Assembly: GCA_963744995.1 (NCBI GenBank)
Contig: CAVUWA010000004.1
Location: forward strand, 192,001 to 256,000
Length of the DNA: 64,000 bases
From: Candidatus Eiseniibacteriota bacterium
Lineage (GTDB): Bacteria; Eisenbacteria; RBG-16-71-46
Direction of reading: 5' to 3'
Shown: in pieces, positions 58,255 through 64,000 of the stretch
How the letters are laid out: the number at the start of each line of letters is the position of its first letter
Position numbering within the stretch: position 1 is the stretch's first letter
Program-made: the position numbers and the translations under genes
The notes under the pieces: model-generated
Databases searched by the model: none
Seen by the model: only the letters and a program-made list of their open reading frames with translations
Told to the model about the DNA's origin: nothing

Positions 58255-59451
58255 CTACGAAACCTGGAACAGCGCCGCGATACCGACGTCGCCCGCCGCG
58301 CAACCGAAAATGAGCACGTAGCCGCCGCCGAGATCGACCGCTTCTTCGAGCGCCTCGATCAGGACGCGCGTGAGCGTCGGGCCCTGCGGATGGCCCCACA
58401 CCAGCGAACAGCCGGTGCGATTGAGCTCGTGCCAGTCGAAACCCGTGACGCGCTGGAACACCGCGTCGTTCACCGCGAACGGGTTGTGGTTCTTGGCGAC
58501 CTTGATGTCGTCGATCGTGAGTCCCGTGCGCTTCAGCAGCTTCTGCACCGCGAGCGCCGGCGCCTCGGGCATCAGGCTCGGCTCGGTGCGCGCCTCGACC
58601 TTGGCGATGAAGCGGATGTCGACGTCGGGCTGCTTCGACAGCTCCTTCGCTTTGGGCTCGGTGGTGACCAGCAGCCCGGCCATGCCGTCGGCCGCGTGCG
58701 TCTGCGTGCCGCTCGTGACCGTGGAGTCGAGTTCGCGCTGCGCCGCGAGGCCGCCGCGCGTGTGGCGGCGCACGCCGAGGTCGTCGGTCACCGAGCCCAG
58801 CGGCCGACCCGCGACGTTCAGCAGGTCGAACGGCACCAGCACGCGATCGAGAAAGCCGCGCTCCTTCGCATCGAAGTACTGCTCGTGCCGGACGAAGGCG
58901 ATGTCGTCGGTCTCGGCGCGATCGACGTTGTATTTGCGCGCGGTGATGCCGGCCGCAGTGATCATCGCGTGGCCGGTCGCCGGGTCGAAGCCGAAGTTGT
59001 CCCAGACGTCGGCGAGCGCGTGGGTGCGCTCGTGCGCGCGGCGCTCGGGGAACACGCCGACGGGCGAGTCGCTGGTGCGGTCGAACGTCGTGACCGCGAC
59101 CACGTCGTGGGCGCCGGTCTGGATCTCGGCGCCGCCGAGCAGCGCCGCCTGCAGCCCGGTCGCGCACGCCTGCTCGACGTGGTAGCCGGGGATGCGCTCG
59201 CCCATGCAGGTCGCAACCATCGGGGCCGTCCAGAACTTCCAGTGCCAGGGGATCGTGGAGCCGATGACCATGTATTCGACTTCGTGCTTCGGAACGCCGC
59301 GCAGGCTCAGAATCCGCGCCATGGCCTCGCCGCCGAACTGGCCGATGTTGATCTCGGCGAGCGGGCTCGTCTGCCAGGCGGGGAAGGGGCTCGAGCCCCA
59401 CGTGCCGTACGGAATCCGGGCGCGCGGGAACATGCTCTCGGGTTTGCTCAT
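58255..59451 (-). CDS. Thiolase family protein
   Basis: QACATG, T..ADG.A, HNPFAVN, GHPQG, GCAAGD. Confidence 0.85.
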   Translation of the reverse strand: MSKPESMFPRARIPYGTWGSSPFPAWQTSPLAEINIGQFGGEAMARILSLRGVPKHEVEYMVIGSTIPWHWKFWTAPMVATCMGERIPGYHVEQACATGLQAALLGGAEIQTGAHDVVAVTTFDRTSDSPVGVFPERRAHERTHALADVWDNFGFDPATGHAMITAAGITARKYNVDRAETDDIAFVRHEQYFDAKERGFLDRVLVPFDLLNVAGRPLGSVTDDLGVRRHTRGGLAAQRELDSTVTSGTQTHAADGMAGLLVTTEPKAKELSKQPDVDIRFIAKVEARTEPSLMPEAPALAVQKLLKRTGLTIDDIKVAKNHNPFAVNDAVFQRVTGFDWHELNRTGCSLVWGHPQGPTLTRVLIEALEEAVDLGGGYVLIFGCAAGDVGIAALFQVS

Positions 59452-59700
59452 GATGCCGGTCCTTCGGGTGATCGAGTGATCTCTGAAGGGGCGCGATGGA
59501 CGCCCCGGGAAGGTGATGTCGTGAGTCGGCAGAATAGCAAAGGGGGAGGGAAGTCGCCGGGTAGACCAAGTGGGCAGGGTCGGGTTCGACGGGACAGAGT
59601 CCCGGGAACGGCACGACGAAGCGGCGCCTCTCGGGCCGGCCATGCAGGTGGCCGGGGGGCCACTGCGGAATCGCCGAACCGGTGCCGCATCGGACCTGTC

Positions 59701-59720
59701 AGGTGGTTTCAAAACCACCT
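59701..59720. promoter_or_regulatory. Palindromic candidate operator
   Basis: AGGTGGTTT-CA-AAACCACCT, 9-bp perfect arms, between the divergent thiolase operon and tRNA-Ala. Confidence 0.45.
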
Positions 59721-59763
59721 CGGGACACTCGCGGCGACCCCGCGACACGCCCCGCGCCCGCGG

Positions 59764-59793
59764 TTGACGCCCGCTTCGCGCGTGCTGTACAAA
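59764..59793 (+). promoter_or_regulatory. Sigma70-type promoter of tRNA-Ala
   Basis: TTGACG-18 bp-TACAAA, ending 21 bp before the tRNA. Confidence 0.5.
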
Positions 59794-59814
59794 GGTTGCC
59801 GCCAGTAAAGGGGT

Positions 59815-59890
59815 GGGGCTGTAGCTCAGCTGGGAGAGCGCTTGACTGGCAGTCAAGAGGTCGACGGTTCGATCCCGTTCAGCTCCACCA
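59815..59890 (+). tRNA. tRNA-Ala(GGC)
   Basis: GGGGCTGTAGCTCAGCTGGGAGAGCGCTTGACTGGCAGTCAAGAGGTCGACGGTTCGATCCCGTTCAGCTCCACCA, with G3:U70. Confidence 0.97.
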
Positions 59891-60056
59891 ATTCCCGCCT
59901 CTGGCGCTCCGCGCTCCCTTCCGGCGCCGCACGAGACTGCAGACTGCACCCCGGCAACGTGCTACGCTCGACACATTGCGCGACGGTCGAGGCGCGCGCG
60001 AGCCCCGAAACCCCGAAACCTGGATCCCGGCGCAGGGATGGGCTGGAGGGCGCGTC

Positions 60057-60941
60057 ATGATCCGCTCCTCGCTGATCTTCCTGATTCTCGCGTGCACCGC
60101 CGCGATCTCGTGGCCGGCCGACGCGCGTCCCGGCTGTCTGAACGATTTCAACGACTACGGTGATGCGCCGGAGTGCACGCCCGCCTATCCGTCGGGGGTG
60201 ATCGCCCACTTCCCGACGCTTCCGCCCACCTGCGGCACGGGGACGCAGGAGACCTCCCCGAACTGCCCGCCGCGCAGCAGCCCGCCGGGGGATCCCGGTT
60301 TCGTGGGGCACGTCAACAACTACGACGCCTGGGAGTTGTGGCTCGGCTGCCTGCCCGCGGGTGACTACCACACCACCGGCGGTGCGGACAACGACTTCGA
60401 GCGCCCGCACGACTGTGTCGAGACCGCTTTCGGCGGGATGACCTTCGACCAGGACGAGTGTTTCGGCGATGGGGTCGATTCGGGACTGCTCTCGGCGCCG
60501 GAGTTCACCGCAGGCGGGCCCGCTACGATCACCTTTTCGCTCGTGCACTGCGTCGGCGGTCCGGTGTACCTGAACCTGCTGATCGACATGAACGGCGACG
60601 GCGATTGGAACGATTCATTCGAGAACCCGGCCGATCCTTCACAATGTATCTACGAGTGGGCGATCAAGAACTACGAGATTCCGCTCGGTTACGACCTCTG
60701 CAACACGATCGTCTCGCCCGGGTTCATGATCGGTCCATGGGCCGGACCCGCATGGATGCGCCTGACGGTGAGCGAGAGCCTCGCAGCGGACAGCTATCCG
60801 TGGAACGGCGCGTCACTGTTCGCCGGCACCCCCGTCACCCGCTTCTACGGTGGCGAAACCGAGGACTATCCGGTGCTGATCTCCGCGGTGGTTCCGACGT
60901 TGCCGACGAGCTGGGGAAAGCTGAAGACGATGTATCGGTAG
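60057..60941 (+). CDS. Secreted GEVED-domain protein with SWGKLKTMYR tail
   Basis: Signal peptide, DYGDAP, IDMNGDGDWND, MRL and GETEDY motifs. GGAGG RBS. Confidence 0.8.
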   Translation: MIRSSLIFLILACTAAISWPADARPGCLNDFNDYGDAPECTPAYPSGVIAHFPTLPPTCGTGTQETSPNCPPRSSPPGDPGFVGHVNNYDAWELWLGCLPAGDYHTTGGADNDFERPHDCVETAFGGMTFDQDECFGDGVDSGLLSAPEFTAGGPATITFSLVHCVGGPVYLNLLIDMNGDGDWNDSFENPADPSQCIYEWAIKNYEIPLGYDLCNTIVSPGFMIGPWAGPAWMRLTVSESLAADSYPWNGASLFAGTPVTRFYGGETEDYPVLISAVVPTLPTSWGKLKTMYR

Positions 60942-60962
60942 GGCTCGCGTTCCGGATGGCGC

Positions 60963-62565
60963 TCACCACCGCAGCACCCACGCGCTCCTAACCACCGAAT
61001 CCAGCTCGGCCGCAGTGAAGACCTCCACCTCGCCGGTCGCCGCATAGACGACCGCGCGCGTGGCATCCGTGACCAGAAACGAGTCGCGCGGGAACGAAAC
61101 CGACCGCACTTCCGGGAAGAACGCCCTCACGCCGGCGCCGTCGAACAGCGCGGTGGCGACGTTCTGCTCGGGGTAGATCGGCTCGTCGGGCGGCGGCGCT
61201 TCGCCACTGCCACGCGCGATGCGGGCCAGCAGCGCGAGGCGCTCGCGGAACAGGAACACGAGGTCCGCACCGGGCGGCAGCGACGCGGCTTGGAGACCGT
61301 CGATGACGCGCCTGGCGATCCGGGATCGATCCACGATCGGATCGCCGCGCAGCGCCGGGTAGACGCGCATCGGGCGCGACTCCATTCGCCGCACGAGGGC
61401 CGCTCCGTTCCAGACGAGGAGCAGCGCCGCCGGCCCGGCCAGCCACCACGCATGGCGCTGCAGCAGTCCCCGGGGCGTGCGCTCCGTACCGATCGCATGG
61501 CCGGCGGCGAGCCGGGCGAACAGCGCGTCCGCGCCGGCCGCCACGCACCAGCCGCCGGCCAGCAGGGGCGCGTACAGAAAGTAGTGATAGGTGTGGTTGC
61601 GCAGCGGCAGTACCGGGGCCAGCAGCAGCAGGAACGTCACCCCGGCGACGTGCCAGCCGCGCCGGCGCAGCGACGGCACGGCGCACAGCGCGGCCCAGAT
61701 GACCAGCGCCACGAGACCGGGCCAGTACAGGCCCGGATTTCGGACGTCGACGAAGCGCAGCGGCGACGGGCGCATCGTGACATCGACGGTCCAGCCCGCA
61801 TACGTCGTCAGGTTCATCAGCAGCGCCCGACCGAAATCGAGCGCGTACGCGGACGTCGCACCGCCGCCCGGGCCGATGCTGCCCATTCCGCCGTTCGCGA
61901 GGAACACGCCGTATGCCGCGCTCACGGCGAACAACGCACCGTCGAGCCGGTCGGGCGTCCACCGCCGTCCCGATGGCGGGCGACACCGCGCGCGCATCAG
62001 CCAGAGCGCGGCCGGCGCAAGCAGCACCGACTCCTTGGAGAGCAGGGCGAGCGCGAACGCCGGCACGGCCAGCCAGCGTGCGCGATCGTCACGCAGCGCG
62101 AGCGCCGTGGCCAGCAGCGCGAACCCCGCCGCCAGCAGATCGCTCCGCGCGGAGATCCAATAGAGCGTCGTGAACAGCGCCGGATGCACCGCGAAGAACG
62201 CGGCCCCGAGAAGCGCTGCCGGCGCGGCCAGCCTGCGGGCGAGCAGCAGGAACAGGCCGATCGCGATCGACTGCATGCAGCGCGAGGCTCACGGCGTGAT
62301 AGGGCATGGCGTGGCGGCCGAACAACGGGTAGGCCAGATCCATGAAGGTCTGAACCGATACGTAGCGCCAGACCTGGGTGTGGCGGGGCAGGACGCCGGC
62401 CGCGGCCGCGAGGCCGCGGAAGTCCTCCTGCGCGAAGAACCGATGCAGCGCGCCGCGGAAGACGATCAGGATACCGAGGGCGAGCGCCGCGCATGCGGCG
62501 ATCAGGTGCCACGAAGGGTCCGGACGATGTGCGGGGGCCTGCACTGCAGGTTCATGGGCGGTCAC
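60963..62565 (-). CDS. Polytopic membrane protein, protein O-mannosyltransferase/TMTC-like GT-C (frameshift at ~62270)
   Basis: FFAQEDF, YHAVSL.LH, FFAVHP, WISARSDL, LLSKES, YFLY.P. Start uncertain. Confidence 0.7.
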
Positions 62566-62730
62566 GGCCTGCACGATGTCGCAGCCACCGGGCCCGGGCA
62601 AGCCGAACCTGCCTCACGGCTCGACAAGCGTGCGACCATTCCGCTGGAGCCGGTCGCGCCCCGGGCCGCGTTCTTCGGGTGATTCTGGGAGTCCCTGTTC
62701 GCATGGTGCACATTCAGGATCAACGGCATT

Positions 62731-63714
62731 ATGAATGACATGAAGTGTCTGGCCCGTCGCGAATACGACGCCGCGCAGCTCTCGGTGACCTATCCTCCGA
62801 TCCTGCGCCACCCGCACAAGCAGCTCGTGCACGCCCTTGCCAGCGCCGGCCCGCAGCCGACCGGCCGGATCGTCGTCACCCGGTGGCAGGCGGCACCGTT
62901 GCCTGTGAAGCGGACGCTGGCCGCGACCGAGGTCGTCCAGGTGTCGGGTGCATTCGACTACGCCGGGCACGACGCCGGTGTGTGGCACGTCAACTTCGCC
63001 GATCCGCGGCTGTTCGCCGCCTACGGTTCCGGGCTGCTCGCGCAGGACGAACTCCAGGTCGCGGAGCACCCGGCGCTCGGCTCGGTCCGCGAAGCGCTGA
63101 TCGCGGACGGTGTCCAGGCTCTAACTGTTGACGCCGATGGGCCGACCCCGGTGCTGGTTGCCGGCGTCGAGCGACGTTGCACGCTCGCTACCACGCCCAG
63201 CGTCGCGGCCGGTCGTCCTGGTGGGCTCTACGGCAACCGTTTCGCATCCGCGCCGGCCGGGGTCGTGCGCGCAGCGGTTCATGTGCACGAGCCGCCGACC
63301 CGCACCAATCTGATCGCGATCGCAGCGCCGCGCGGCGGCCGGGGTGAGTACGTTCGCGCCGATCTCGAGCTGGCCCTGCTCACCGCATTCACCGGGTTCG
63401 CGGCGGCGATCGCCGAGTCGACGTGGCTTTGGCCCGGCACCGCGGTCGAGATCCGCACTGGATTCTGGGGCTGTGGCGCGTTCGGGGGCAATCGACAAGT
63501 CATGACGCTGCTCCAAATTCTCGCGGCGCGGCTTGCCGGTGTCGTCCGGCTCCGGTTCTATGCATTCGACGGTGCGGGCGCCGCCGAGTTCGCCGCCGGC
63601 GCTGCGAGTCTCGAACGCGTTCTCGACATGGGCGCACCGGGCGAGCCGATCGCCGACGTACTCGGACGGATCGCCGATCTCCGCTATGCGTGGGGAACCA
63701 GCGACGGCAACTGA
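62731..63714 (+). CDS. Poly(ADP-ribose) glycohydrolase-like macrodomain protein
   Basis: VNFAD...AQDE....HP resembles PARG VDFAN..QEE....PE. TGFWGCGAFGGN resembles TGNWGCGAFGGD. LLQILAA resembles .IQ..AA. Confidence 0.75.
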   Translation: MNDMKCLARREYDAAQLSVTYPPILRHPHKQLVHALASAGPQPTGRIVVTRWQAAPLPVKRTLAATEVVQVSGAFDYAGHDAGVWHVNFADPRLFAAYGSGLLAQDELQVAEHPALGSVREALIADGVQALTVDADGPTPVLVAGVERRCTLATTPSVAAGRPGGLYGNRFASAPAGVVRAAVHVHEPPTRTNLIAIAAPRGGRGEYVRADLELALLTAFTGFAAAIAESTWLWPGTAVEIRTGFWGCGAFGGNRQVMTLLQILAARLAGVVRLRFYAFDGAGAAEFAAGAASLERVLDMGAPGEPIADVLGRIADLRYAWGTSDGN

Positions 63715-63808
63715 GGTGCATGCCGTGCTGCGCAAACAGAGAGGCCTCGCGGCATCGCCGGGGGGGGCGGTGTCGAGTCGCCCGACATTCATGCGACAAT
63801 CCCGCTCC

Positions 63809-64000
63809 ATGCGCCCGCGCTGGACGTCCCTCGCTCTCCTCGGCGGCATCCTCGCCGTCTCCGCCGCGTCCATCTTCGTGCGCTTCGCACAGGGGCACGC
63901 CGGCTCGCTGGTGATCGCGGCCGGACGGCTCGCGATCGCGACCCTGGTGCTGGCGCCGGTCGCGCTCGCGCGGCACCGCGACGCGCTGCGCGCGCTCACG
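63809..64000 (+). CDS. DMT/EamA family transporter (partial, runs off window)
   Basis: MRPRWTSLALLGGILAVSAASIFVRFAQ...VIAAGRLAIA. Confidence 0.75.
   Translation, partial: MRPRWTSLALLGGILAVSAASIFVRFAQGHAGSLVIAAGRLAIATLVLAPVALARHRDALRALT

Noticed and set aside
59891..64000. A second island integrated at tRNA-Ala
   Set aside because: No integrase or tRNA 3' duplication is seen, and the downstream genes look host-like.

Overview
High-GC bacterial DNA. The FlgD-Ig and 'SWGxLKxxYR' C-terminal domains, paired kinase-PD40 genes and FG-GAP/Kelch proteins suggest a Candidatus Eisenbacteria-like organism (inference only). The window has two parts. (1) Positions 1-~23.1 kb are the right part of an integrative element inserted at the 3' end of tRNA-Leu(CAA); its left end lies outside the window. 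The element has a satellite/PICI-like core (HTH, primase, AAA helicase, AlpA, tyrosine integrase). Its cargo is a class I DISARM operon (drmD-drmMI-drmA-drmB-drmC) with a GIY-YIG nuclease gene inserted inside, plus a Schlafen/AlbA_2 gene, a HEPN gene and a Panacea-RelE-like toxin-antitoxin pair. (2) Positions 23.4-64 kb are host chromosome. This part has two Ser/Thr kinase-PD40 genes, secreted propeller proteins, a PA2779/C39/TPR trio plus a deleted relic of it, and mtgA. It also has a complex I operon with only peripheral-arm subunits (nuoBCD fusion, E, F, G, I), beta-oxidation genes, tRNA-Ala(GGC) and a canonical-type PARG-like gene. The most novel signal is an unannotated leader ORF (45268-45684, minus). 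It has a signal peptide and a C-terminal RAPP arrest motif, and its 3' end is complementary to the ribosome-binding site of the His/Cys-rich lipoprotein gene downstream, a SecM/MifM-like layout. Several single-base frameshifts, including two in nuoBCD, are probably sequencing errors. All family assignments come from motif recognition, not database searches.
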